Part shown: in pieces, positions 27,303 through 40,696 of the stretch
Layout: every line of letters begins with the position of its first letter
How positions within the stretch are numbered: position 1 is the first letter of the stretch
Assembly (NCBI RefSeq): GCF_006345805.1
Contig: NC_043015.1
Span: 29,140,001 to 29,204,000, forward strand
Direction of reading: 5' to 3'
DNA length: 64,000 nt
Source of the DNA: Octopus sinensis
Lineage: Eukaryota
Notes under the pieces: generated by a model
What the model saw: only the letters and a program-made list of their open reading frames with translations
Told to the model about the DNA's origin: nothing
Databases searched by the model: none
Position numbers and translations under genes: made by a program

Positions 27303-27421
27303 GAATATCTCACTTTTATGTTGGAAAAATATTCCCTAATATATTGAGTATGGCATTATTTTCTTTGGCACTTTTGATTTTTGGCTTCTACTGCTTATTA
27401 TCAGATGCACACCTTGCAAAG
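27303..27421 (+). CDS. Patched-related exon (G)ISHFYVGKIFPNILSMALFSLALLIFGFYCLLSDAHLAK, predicted TM helix at the start of the sterol-sensing domain
   Basis: Acceptor ttgttgcag, donor gtatat. Hydrophobic 20-mer followed by SDAHLAK, comparable to SDWVRSK(P) after TM2 of Ptr proteins. Family assignment is inference. Confidence 0.65.
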
Positions 27422-27488
27422 GTATATCTGTATGGGCATACATGTGTCTGCAAGTGCGTACTTATATATGTGTGTACGTACATATATA

Positions 27489-27522
<34 letters not shown>

Positions 27523-27699
27523 CATACATACATGTATGTATGTACTTATGTACATACATACACTTATGCATAAATATATGCACATGTATATGGTGTGTGT
27601 GTGTGTGTGTATATATATATACAAACACACATATAAGCATACAAATACACATGTATATTTGCATACATACATATACATTCATGCATATATTTACATATC

Positions 27700-27751
<52 letters not shown>

Positions 27752-27842
27752 ACATACATACATACATACATACATACACGTATGTATGTACTTATGTACA
27801 TACATACACATATGCATAAATATATGCACATGTATATGGTGG

Positions 27843-27877
<35 letters not shown>

Positions 27878-27980
27878 CACACTCACATATACACACACAC
27901 ATGTACACATGTATATTTGCATACATACATATACATTCATGCTATATTTTACATATCTGCATATATATATGTACATATAT

Positions 27981-28084
<104 letters not shown>

Positions 28085-28241
28085 CACACATACATACATA
28101 CATAAATGTAGAAACATGTATGTATACAACATACATAGACACATATACACATACATGCGTATCTATATTCACCTGCGCGTTCACACAAGAACAGAAGAGG
28201 AAAAAGAAAGAGAGAGAGAGAGATAAAGAGACATATACATG

Positions 28242-28274
<33 letters not shown>

Positions 28275-28534
28275 CTTTGTGTGTTTATACTCCCCCCTCT
28301 CTCTCTCTCTCTTTCTCTTTGTGCGTATGAATACTTCTGCACAGGTGTATATAGAAGTATGTGTATACGCATACACGTACTTACCTACCGTGAGGTTAGA
28401 TTTATTAGGAATTGTGTTACAGTGACAAATAACTATGTAAGCAAAAAACACTTGCGCACACAGGAAAACAGGTAAAATAAGTAGGTAGGAAAATATGTTT
28501 GCATGTGTAATATGTATGTGTAAGCATATATGCT

Positions 28535-28590
<56 letters not shown>

Positions 28591-29825
28591 TTTTAAGGAC
28601 ACGGAGAGTAGTCTGAATATATAAAATTGATAGATAGATATTGAATATATATGCTCATAAACCTATATTATTCAATACACAAATGCATATGTATGTATTG
28701 AATAATTCATACATATATACACACACACATACATACATGCGTGTGTGTGTCTGTGTGTCCTGAATTGTATAAATGTATCTATAGAGATATATCTGTATAT
28801 ATTTGTATGTTTGAATCTAAAATATGTGTGTAGATGTATGTGTTTATTATGCATGTATAATATATATATATATATATATATATAAATACATACATACATA
28901 CATACATATATACATACATACATACATATACATGCGTGTGTGTGGTATGTATTATTATATATATATATATATGTATATATATATACACATGCACAAACAC
29001 TCCTACATCTACACACATATTTTAGATTCATACTTACAAATATATACAAATATATCTCTATAGATACATTTATACAATTCAGGACACACAGACACACGCA
29101 CACATGCATGCATATATATACGTGTGTGTATGTGTGTATATATACACACACACACACACACACACATGCATGTATATATGTGTATATACACACACACATA
29201 CACACACAAACATACAAACATACATTTATATACATATCTGGCAGTCTTCCCGCAACCCACCTTATCTTAAACTAGATATCTCCATCTCTATGAAAGGACT
29301 CTTGCATGACATTATTTCCTGCAAGTTTCAGATGACTTCCATTTCTTCTCCTTCTGCTGCACACACTGGTTCCCAATTCCAATCTTAGCCTTGGTACAGA
29401 CAATTTCTCATCCTATTACAATATACCTGTGTTTTGTTCAATACTGCTATACCAAATCATCTCTTCTGTACCTTTTGATAATAATTTCGCCTTAACCTCC
29501 GCTTTGATTATCTATATATTGATCTTCTATTCTCTCTCTCTCTCTCTCTCTTTTTCCTTTTTTTTTCATCTTTTCTCGTCTCCCACATTCACATAATGAG
29601 CTAAATTGATGGTTGCTTGTTCTTATTCATTGTTTATTCACTTATTCAGTATTATTTTGGTTTAAGGAGAAGACTAAGAATAGAAATGGGTTGTCGATAG
29701 TGTTGCTATGTTATTTCATTTTTTTTCCACCCACTTTTCTTTTTTTCTTTTTTTTTTTTACTTCTTTCATTTGTTAACTCCCACATTTTCAAGATTCTGT
29801 GCCTAATAAATAAAATTACTATTAC

Positions 29826-29876
<51 letters not shown>

Positions 29877-30162
29877 CTGAGGTCGACTTTGCCTTTCATC
29901 CTTTCGTGGTCAATAAATTAAATACCAGTGAAACACTGGGGTCAAGGCAATTGGCTAGTCCCCTCCCCTAAAATTTCAGGCCCCTTGAACCTTTAGTAGA
30001 AAGGATTATTATTATTTTTTTTTTTTCTTCTTTCAAATTTGCTTTCATTTCTTGCCGAGTGTCTTCCCGACTCCTAGGGCAAAGAAACTCATAGTATACA
30101 TTTAACTCCTCCAAAAATTGCTGGCCTTGTGCCAAGATTTGAAGCCATCATCATCATCATTA

Positions 30163-30197
<35 letters not shown>

Positions 30198-30381
30198 TAT
30201 TATATATTATCATTATTATTATTATTATTATTCGTCTTGTTGACTTTGCTTTACATTTGCACAAGCTGGCTCCAAGTCTCACCCAGAGACCTCAAGAGAT
30301 AACAAGCTGAAGTTCATGTTGGTTGTTATGCCTAGGATGCCATATATTGGTTTTGTACTTAGTGTTGTACTATTATCATTA

Positions 30382-30424
<43 letters not shown>

Positions 30425-32172
30425 GAGTGAGAGAGCAGTGCATGCCATCAAGTGACACTGGGGTAAAATATACGAAGCCCAATATACCCATCATGACTAC
30501 CCGTCTGATAAAGGTACACCAGGCACATGCATCACAACCATACGTGCGCGATATGATGATTTCATGTCAAGATAACAGCACATGACCTTGCAGGTGGGGC
30601 CCAGTTAGAGTTTTCTTCAGGTGAGTAGCCCATCCCGCTCAAACGGTCCCTGAATAAGGGTTGTTTAAGGATGTTGAAAGAACCACCCATGTTCCAGAGG
30701 TGAATTATTCAAACCCAAAGAATCCCTCTCAACACATGGCTATGATGCTCCCCACTACTCTGCTCGTGATCAGAGATGCACATATCGTCCAGCCACTAAG
30801 GGACATGCTCAACTGGTTACGGTCAAACAACTGACAAGCAAATCTGTGGTATTGAGCAGAATATTTGCTGTAGCCCATCTTTTATTACCCAGACAAAATT
30901 ATTATCATTATTATTATCATCATCATTATTATTATTATTATTGGAATATCAAAGAAAATGCCTCCTGGTATATGTCCTGGCACTTTACACTCAGAGTTCA
31001 AATTCTGTCAAAGTAACTTTGCTTTCATCTTCTCTGAGTCAATAAAGTAAAGTACAAGTACAAACCAGTCAAATACTTTGAATTAATTGTATTGACTAAC
31101 TACTCCCCTTACCCCATCAACATCACTGGCCTTGTGCCTAAATTACAAACAATCATCGTCATCATCATCATCATTATTATTATAATCTGTATGTTTGATG
31201 CAATCAGTTGCTGGGACACACGAAGCATCCTAGGGCAAGTGAAGGTTAAGAGATGTTGGAATAGAACTGAAAGCTTAGGGAGGAGAAGCGAGGAGGGCAG
31301 TACAGAAATACATTTGAATAATTTTGCATAATTTTGGATTTCTTGGACTGTTATGATATATATCTATATCTATATATATATATGTGTATATGTATATGTA
31401 TATATATATATTCATAGATAGATAGACATGTACACACACACACACACAACAAGCGTCTTTCAGTTTCCATCTATCAATTCTACTGCAAGGTGTTGGTCAG
31501 CCCAGAGCTGTAGTAGAAGACACTTGCTCAAGATGTCACATAGTAGGACTGAACCTGAGACTGTGTGGTTGGGAAGAAAACTTCTTACTACAGAACCATA
31601 CCAACACCCAGATTAAGGTGGCGAGATGGCAGAATCGTTAGCAAGCTGGGCAAAATGCTTAGCGGTATTTCGTCTGCCGCTACGTTCTGAGTTCAAATTC
31701 CACCGAGGTCGACTTTGCCTTTCATCCTTTCAGGGTCGATAAATTAAGTACTAGTTACGCACTGGGGTCGATATAATCGACTTAATCCATTTGTCTGTCC
31801 TTGTTTGTCCCCTCTGTGTGTAGCCCCTCGTGGGTAGTAAAGAAATAGGTATTTCGTCTGCTGCTACGTTCTGAGTTCAAATTCCACCGAGGTCGACTTT
31901 GCCTTTCAATCTTTTTGGGGTCGATAAATTAAGTACTAGTTATGCACTAGGGTTGATGCAATCGACTTAATCCCTTTGTCTGTCCTTGTTTGTCCCCTCT
32001 ATGTCTAGCTCCTTGTGGGCAATAAAGAAATAAGAACCATATCTACACCCAGATGTTTGTGAGGATGCTGAAGGTTGCTTTGGCTCTGCCCACTGAGGTT
32101 ATGACATCTCTCTCTCTCTCTCTCTCTCCATGCCACCCTGTTTATCAATTATGCTGCAAAAGTAGGGCAGTA

Positions 32173-32222
<50 letters not shown>

Positions 32223-32966
32223 AGGGGGGCATTCAGTACCTGACTTATTCTATTTTGTAAATCCCAGAAGAATAAAAGGTGAACTTGACTTCAACAAGGA
32301 TTGAACACAAAATGCAAATATCCACAACAAACACCGATATTTGCAAACCGTTTATCCAATGTCGCCAATCAACTGAACTTTTGCCGGAATAAATTTAGTA
32401 ATTTATGCATGAAGAAAATTACATATGACATCATAAACTATTTGGATATATCAATTGTATGTAATTCTATATTAATGTTTTCTCAGAGCGTTATAACCCC
32501 AAAATAGAGCAAAGCCAGAAATATATTCTTATAAAGATTTAATTGGTATGAAAGTCCAACTGTCTCTCGACACAAATATCAAGGTAAAAATTTATATATC
32601 CTTGAAAAGATCAATATTATTTTATGGACATCGATCTTGGCACAGCACCAGTACACCTGATGCTAAATTTCTAGACTTTTGAGCACAGAGAATTACAGAG
32701 AATATTAGGAAGAAGGTGTGGCAGGATCGTGTGACTAGCAAGGAGACAGGGCAAGATGGTTGATGTAAAACCAGAGGATGAGTTTATAAGGCAATGGTTG
32801 GGTCTTGTCTATAATATAATATAATAGATGAGGTGGACGTTTTCTTTGAGGTGTGTCAGTTATCCAGTTGGATTGCAGAATGTAGAAGAGAGAGAATGAG
32901 AGAGGGAAAGAGAGAGAGAGAGAGGGAGAGAGAGGGGAAGAGAGAGAGATGGAGAGAGAGAAAGAA

Positions 32967-32997
<31 letters not shown>

Positions 32998-33264
32998 TCA
33001 CAAGAAATATGGGTGAGAACAATGTGACAAGAGGTGAGTGAAGATTGTTGCAAAGACTTTAAGTGATGGCACAAGATAAGTTTGTATCATCATCATCATC
33101 ATCATTATCATCATCATCAATACTACCACCAGCACCACCGCCGCCACCACCATTACATGTCTTTTCAGTCAGGCCTGATCACTCAGGACTAATCAACAAC
33201 ATGGAAGCACACAAATAATCATTTATTTATTTATTTATTTATAGGAGAGATATTAGATAGAAAT

Positions 33265-33618
33265 ATAGATAGACAAACAGATAGATAGAAAGATAGATAG
33301 ACAGATAGACAAACAAACATATATAGACGGACAGACAGATAGATGGTTAGATAGTCAAATAGATAGACAGATAGACAGGCAGATAGACAGACATAGACAA
33401 ACAGATAGATAGACAGATGGACAGACAGACAGATAGACAAGCAGATAGATAGACAGATGGACAGACAGACAGATAGACAAGCAGATAGATAGATAGATGG
33501 ACAAACAGACAAACAGACAGACAGACAGATTGATAGACAGACAGACAGGCAGACAAATAGATAAACAGAGAGACAGATAGACAAACAGATAGATAGACAG
33601 ATAGGCAAATAAATAGAA

Positions 33619-33661
<43 letters not shown>

Positions 33662-33680
33662 TAGATAGAGAAGACAGACA
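33265..33680. repeat. (GATA/GACA)n microsatellite
   Basis: Directly visible. Confidence 0.95.
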
Positions 33681-34115
33681 GATAAACCCACAGAGTATAC
33701 ATATAAACAAGTCAAATTTACCGATCTCTCTGTAGACTGAAAAAATTGATGAAGAGTCTTCATTGATTTTCAACCCTTATTGGGCTCTTCTTATCTGAGG
33801 TGTCTACATCACCTGACCAATCCCAGAGAAACAAGCCACCATTCTGTTTGTATACACATCGCATCTAGTAGCTTCAGAGGATTGGAGCTATTAATTTGTA
33901 TACCCTTATTAACACTTTGTTTAATATCAGTGTGTGTGTGTGTATGTATATGTATATTGTTTTTCTCCTTGTTTTTCTGTGCCCCTTTCTGTAGAAGAGC
34001 GTAGGCTCGAAATGTAAACGACTTTTTCTATTCCTGAGCGTATTAATACATGTTTGTTTTGTACACCATCTGTCTTCATCTTTGTTTTTTTCGTAAACTC
34101 TCCCTATTATAAATA

Positions 34116-34164
<49 letters not shown>

Positions 34165-34923
34165 CAATAATAATAAAGGGTAAAATAATTAAATAATCAA
34201 TTAATTAATTAATAATTAATAATTTTACCAACTAGCTTGGTATGTTAAAAGAACCATTATCAGTAAACTTATACAAAAATTTTATAATTATGAGTATAAT
34301 TATAATTAGGGTTCAGCAAAATTTGCTTCACCACACACTGAAATTTTAGAAATAGCAGTTAAAAACTACTATTTCACTACTACAAGAAAATCTTCCAGAC
34401 AGCAATACTCAACAACTCACGCAGGTAAAGAGAAAAAAATAACGAATCCACCCGGCTTTGAGTTAGTCTAAACCGGGTGGATTTGAGTGGATTTGTTTCT
34501 GGGATATTTTATACATCCCTTCATCGAACATGGTGTGAGAATATGGTTAAGCAATAGTTATTCTAGAAAAGATATGAAATAGAAGTGAAGTGGAGGAATG
34601 AAAACAGATGTGAGATATGCAGGGATATTGCATCTGCAGTTCCATTATTTAAGCAGAATGGTACACATGAAGGGATATATAAAATATCCCAGAAACAGCT
34701 GTAAGACCTTCTTTTTCTAAATGTTCTGAAATCTTTCACAGCCTTGGATTTTTATCTCATTCTGTTAATTTTTCATATATATGCATGCTAATATATGACC
34801 TATGTTGGACTCCTCATTCGCATAATCACCGAACCTGGAGCTTAAATATAGTCTGTCCATAGCATTTACTCAGCATTACCTGACACCTTTGGGTCTTCTT
34901 GATACCATTACCTCTCATGACCT

Positions 34924-34975
<52 letters not shown>

Positions 34976-35007
34976 ATCAAAATAAGCAACAAGGATATCC
35001 AAGGTAG

Positions 35008-35095
35008 TGTAGTACAATCGTTTCACGCTACTTCATTTTATTAAACACTGTAAGTATTACATCAGTTTTAAAATGTCGAGTAATCTTCAGCCACA
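35008..35095 (-). ncRNA. Type I hammerhead ribozyme-like motif inside a 30-bp-TIR element (34975-35199)
   Basis: UGUGG CUGAAGA [long stem II UUACU..CAUUUUA/UAAAAUG..AGUAG] GAAAC GAUU GUA CUACA. Confidence 0.55.
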
Positions 35096-35297
35096 TATAG
35101 AATTTTTTTAATGCACATTTTTACACTTATTTCATTTGCCAACATTACAAAGAGGGTAGATATATAGACCTTGGACATCCTTGTTGCTTATTTTGATTAT
35201 AATCACCCCATTTGATTTATATGGATAATACCATACCAAATTCTGGTGCCTTTAACTTAAGTACCATATTCATCTGAATCTAAATTTTGCTGAACTG

Positions 35298-35381
<84 letters not shown>

Positions 35382-35717
35382 TATATATACATATATATAT
35401 ATACACACACAAAAAAAATGCATACACATTCATATACATATACATGCATAACTTAGTCAATAGACGAAGTGAAGTAACTTATGATACTTTTTAGGGACTC
35501 TGGGGCTGGTTGGAAGATGAGTATAAGTTACCCTCTGACCAGAAGCCAAACCTGAATGCTTGCAACAGAGTATAACCCTACTGAAGGTCCCCAAGAGTGA
35601 TGTGGTGGTGTTAAGTAAGACAATGGATAAAAATCCATGCAAGAAACATATGTTGGATCCATCTGAAAGTAGACATGATTTCAAGGTGGAAAAGTTAAGA
35701 AATACTATTGTACTTAC

Positions 35718-35866
35718 GGACTGAAATCTAACGCTGGAAGTTTGGATGGAATGTCAGAATCCATGTAGACCTCAGAAGAGAGAAGTGGAAGCCTATCTGG
35801 AGTTGGGTATTTATCCTTGTTTGCAAGGGTTTCATCATATAAATCTCTTACTTTGTCTGCCAGCCT
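35718..35866 (-). CDS. Next exon of the same gene, RLADKVRDLYDETLANKDKYPTPDRLPLLSSEVYMDSDIPSKLPALDFS(P)
   Basis: Acceptor ttttctttacag, donor gtaagt. Phase 0 start fits the 47359 exon. 149 nt. Confidence 0.65.
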
Positions 35867-37889
35867 CTGTAAAGAAAACAAACAGAAATGATAAACATGA
35901 GCACTCAGAGAGCACAAACTTCTGCCAAGGCTACACCAACGTCCTTTCAATGATTAACCAGAGATTATTTCTAAAATGAGAATATCTGAGATAAACTCGA
36001 CTGCTCTCACAAATGAAAAAACTAAAAATGAACCCGACCACTCTCAAAAATTAAGTAAAAAAACAAGAAAAATAATCCTTGTTTGCAAGGTTTTCATCAT
36101 ATAAATCTCTTACTTTGTCTGCTAGCCTCTGTAAATAAAACAAACAAAAATGATAAACAATAGCACTAAGAGAATGCAAACCTCTGCCAAGGCAACACCA
36201 ATGTCCTCTCAACGATTAGCCAGAGGTGATTTTTAAAATGAGAATATCTGAAATAAACTTGATTGCTCTCACAAATGCGAATGCTAAAAATGAACCCGAC
36301 CACTCTCAAAAATTAAGTAAGAAAACAAGAAAAATAATCCAGAATCCTTGTTCGGAACTAGATCGATCCCAAAATCTAATCAGTTTGTGTCAATCACGAG
36401 GCCAAACATTCCTGAAAGTTTCCTTTGAATCCATCGAATGGTTCTTGAGACATCTTGTCCATGGACAAACAAATAAACAAATATGACTGAAAACAATATC
36501 TTCACCTTTGCTGATGCGGACCATGAGTCAAGTAAAGAGAGGCAGCAATGATGGCAAAAATTATATGCCCTGTATATAGTATACAGAAGCAAAAGTATAG
36601 TACCGAGAAATGTGACAGGGTGATGGTGTAGTAGGATGGTGGAGGTGGGTGCTACGCTAAGAGAAGTAAAGTTGAGCTAGGAGGAAAGAATGAACAGGTA
36701 GAAGAAGGAGGAGGTGATTCTTGGGGGGGGAGGGGTGTAGCGGTTTTTCGATGGGGACACCAATGGCTAAGGGTGAAAGATGGTAGAGCAGAGCAATGGA
36801 GAGAAAACCGTGGAAAACTGACAAAATAGAAAATTGGAAAATGAAGAAAGAAAAATGAGAAAAAAATATATTAAAAATTTTTTTTGATATTTTAAAAAAT
36901 ATTAAAAATTTTTTTTAATATTTTTAAATATTTTTTAAAATATTAAAAATTTTTTTAAATATTTTAAGATATTTAAAAAAATATTAAAAATTATCAAAAA
37001 GTTAAAAATTTTTTTTTAAATATTCTAAAAAATATTAAAAAATATATTAAAATATTTAAAATTATATGAACAGGGTGTCACCCTGTCACATCTCTGTTTA
37101 CTAGACCATGGCCATGTTGTCTGAGATACAGCAATATCTTTTACAAAAGCAAAAGTATAGAAAAGTGGAAAGTGGCATAGGTACAGGTGTAGCCGTGTGG
37201 TAAGAAGCTTACTTCCCAACCACATGGTCTCGGGTTCAGTCCCACTGTGTGACACCTTGGACAAGTATCTTCTAGAGCTTCAGGCTGGTCAAAGTCTTGT
37301 GAGCGGATTTGGTTGACACTTGCTAGGAGGCAAAAAAAAAAATTTTAAACTGAAAGAAGCTCATCATATGTGTGTGAGTGTGAGTGTATGTATACGTGTG
37401 TGTGTGTGCATGTGTGTCTTTGTGTCTGTGTTTGTCCCACACAACCTGACAACTGATGTTGGTGTGTTTACATTCCCATGACTTAGTGATTCAGCAAAAG
37501 AGATTGATAGAATAAGTACCAGGCTTTAAAAAAAAGAAGAAACAAAAATGGTACCAGGGCCAATTCATTCAACTAAAAATTCTTCAAAGAAGTGCCCCAG
37601 CATGGTCAGACTAAAACAAGCAAAAGGTAAAAATAGAAGAGCTATAAAAAAAGAAAGGATGCATAAACACATCAGAAGTAATACTCTTTACTCTTTTACT
37701 TGTTTCAGTCATTTGACTGCGGCCATGCTGGAACACCGCCTTTAGTCAAGCAAATCGACCCCCAGGACTTATTCTTTGTAAGCCTAGTACTTATTCTATC
37801 GGTCTCTTTTGCCAAAGCGCTAACTTACGGGGACGTAAACACACCAGTATCGGTTGTCAAGCGATGTTGGGGGGACAAACACAGACACA

Positions 37890-37928
<39 letters not shown>

Positions 37929-38006
37929 TCTGTCCGATGTCAGACGCCATGATAGATTGTTAGCTACTACATACATCTTTTTTCTCTCCTTGTTTTTTTC
38001 TGAGTA

Positions 38007-38044
38007 TCTTTCTGTCGAAGAGCGTAGGCTCGAAACGTAAAAGA
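38007..38044 (+). ncRNA. Minimal hammerhead-like variant UCUUU-CUGUCGAA-GAGC(GUAG)GCUC-GAAAC-GUA-AAAGA
   Basis: Stems I and II pair perfectly, but the core is non-canonical. Related copies at 33984-34021(+) and 54298-54337(-). Confidence 0.5.
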
Positions 38045-38132
38045 CTTTTTCTATTCCTGAGCGCTATACTAATACATCTGTTTGTTTGTACACCACCTGC
38101 CTTCGTCTTTTCTTTATTTTCGTAAACTTTTC

Positions 38133-38180
<48 letters not shown>

Positions 38181-40665
38181 GATGGGCTTCTTTCAGTTTC
38201 CGTCTACCAAATCCACTCACAAGGTTTTGGTCGGCTCGAGGCTATAGTAGAAGACACTTGCCCAAGGTGCCACGCAGTGGGACTGAACCCAGGACCATGT
38301 GGTTGGTAAGCAAGCTTCTTACCACACAGCCACTCCTGCGCCTAATGTTGGTGAATTTGAAGAAGCGTAAAATCTTTGAAGGATGTATAATGTCTTGACA
38401 GCAGCTAGTAACTGATACAGGTTGTTTTATACCATGCTTCAACAATCCTGAACGTGAAAAATGTTTCCAAAATGTTGACACTTGCTAGGAGGCAAAAAAA
38501 AAAAAATTTAAATAAAAGGAATTGATTAATAGCTAATGAGTTAGTTTGGCAACTAATTAATAAAATTTAGTACAGGAATTTGAACATTCTGTATAATCAG
38601 GTAATTGACTCAATTCTAGTTTGATATCAAAAGCTCAATCACAATTCATGTTATTGTTCACAAGTGATGTTACAGTGTGGGATAAATAGATAGTCACTGT
38701 TTGTTTATTTATTTACTATTCTGATAGCATTTATTTTTCTGATATAGGTACAGGCTGTGTGGTAAGGTGTCTGCTTTCCAACCGCATGGTTCTAGGTTCG
38801 TTCCCACTGCATGGCACCTTGGGCAAGTACCTTTACTTAGACTTGGATGGACTAAAGCTTTGTGAGTGGATTTGGTAGAAGGAAACTGAAAGAAGCCCGT
38901 TGAGCAAGTGTGTGTAGAAGCATTTATGATTGTGTCTCCTGTCTTTACATTGTATGAGAATTGTCAAATGATAGTAAGTGTCATACAAGCAGTGCTTTTC
39001 ACTTCCAGTATTCTGTGAAAACATCTGGCCATAGGGAAATATTACCTTGCTTGGAAACAGGCAAAGGTCAGCCCATGGAAGCATAGAAAAGTGGTCGTTA
39101 AAATGATGATGACGACGATATTAGGTAAATACCATAATGAAATAAAATGCATGAAAATTGTCATTTCTTCTTCTGGCATGAGACTGTCTGGGCAAAAACA
39201 AAAACCAGTGTTTTTATATTTACCATATTTTAATGTGTACAAGGAACCCATTTTTGTCAAAAATTAGGTTAAAAAAATATGGGAGTTTCTTATACATGGA
39301 GGGTATTATAATCCCTTACAAAACCTTTTTTCCAAATTTTAAGCCTCACCAAATTAGGGGGTTCCTTATATGCATTAAAATACTGTACATTCTTGGTGAA
39401 CATTATGTCCTCTCAAAGAAGTGGAAGAAAATACTCTTAACTTGTAAAATAGGAAAGGGCTAGTGAAGAATGAGTAGCTATCCAACCCATGCCAGCATAA
39501 AAAAATGAACATAAAATGAACATGATATTAAATAAAATAAGTAAAGGAATGGTCCAAAACAGAGGGAAAACAAAAATTATATGAAATTTTATGAAAATGT
39601 GAAAAATATATATCTAAGAGAGTTGTAATTTTTTTTTAATGGTATTTGTGTTCTAGCAAATAATAAGACTATAAGAAAGAATTCAAGAGAAATTAATCTA
39701 TAAAACACGCATTAACTTTCCCCAATTAGTGAAATAATTCTTTGAAGTGAGTAATAATCATTTAACTAATGAATTAAGCACTTTATCATTAGTTTGATAG
39801 TTAAAAATGTTAAAGACATAACATATTTCATAATTCTCTTCTAATAAGATTTGAAATTGAAGAAGAAACTACTTTGAAATGAACAAAAAAAAAAAAAAAG
39901 AATTAGTTTAAATTGTACATCTTTTTTTTTTCTGAAAACTTGTGATACTGTCAGAAAATTATTGCAAGATGAAATAATATGGAAAATGTTTTCATCAGAT
40001 AATTAAATAAAGAATCTGTAGGATTAGTTTCAGTGAGGTTAGATTGCACATAAATTACAAAAAAAAAAAATAATAATTTTTTTTTACTAAAAGAACTATT
40101 TTTTTCCCTTTTTTCTTTCAGTCTTTTGCTTGTTTTTTGGGGTTTTTTTCAGAAGGTTAAAAGGTATTTCAAAAAGAAATATCGGACATATCAATTATTA
40201 TTTTTTCAAATAAATTATTTGTGCTATTTTGTAAAATACCTCTAAACAGTTGATTTGTATTCAGCCTATTTATGTTCCAAGCTATTGATCAACATATATC
40301 AATACACAAATCAATATATAATCTGATTATAGTGAAATTGATTTCTGCTCTCAACTCCAAATTATGGCTTCCAATGCTTCGTAAAGCCAATGTCAGCATC
40401 GAAATGTTACTTTAGAAGTTTCCTCCTACCATCAGGAATCTTCTTTGCAGCTATAGAGCAGACTAACACAATAGATAGATATCTAATTTCCTCTCCATTA
40501 ACTAAATATTTTCCTGTTTCCATTCTTAAGGTTTTCACTCGAGTAATATTATCAAAAGTTCTTTTTTTAGTGTACCATTATCATTATCGTTATTATTGCA
40601 GTTGTTGTTCTTGTCGACGATGGTGGTAGTGACGACGACAACGAGGCTGGTTATGATAGCGGCAG

Positions 40666-40689
<24 letters not shown>

Positions 40690-40696
<7 letters not shown>

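Noticed and set aside
40122-40155. Plus-strand SFACFLGFFSE as the next Patched-related exon
   Set aside because: T-rich low-complexity sequence with a weak donor. Likely chance.
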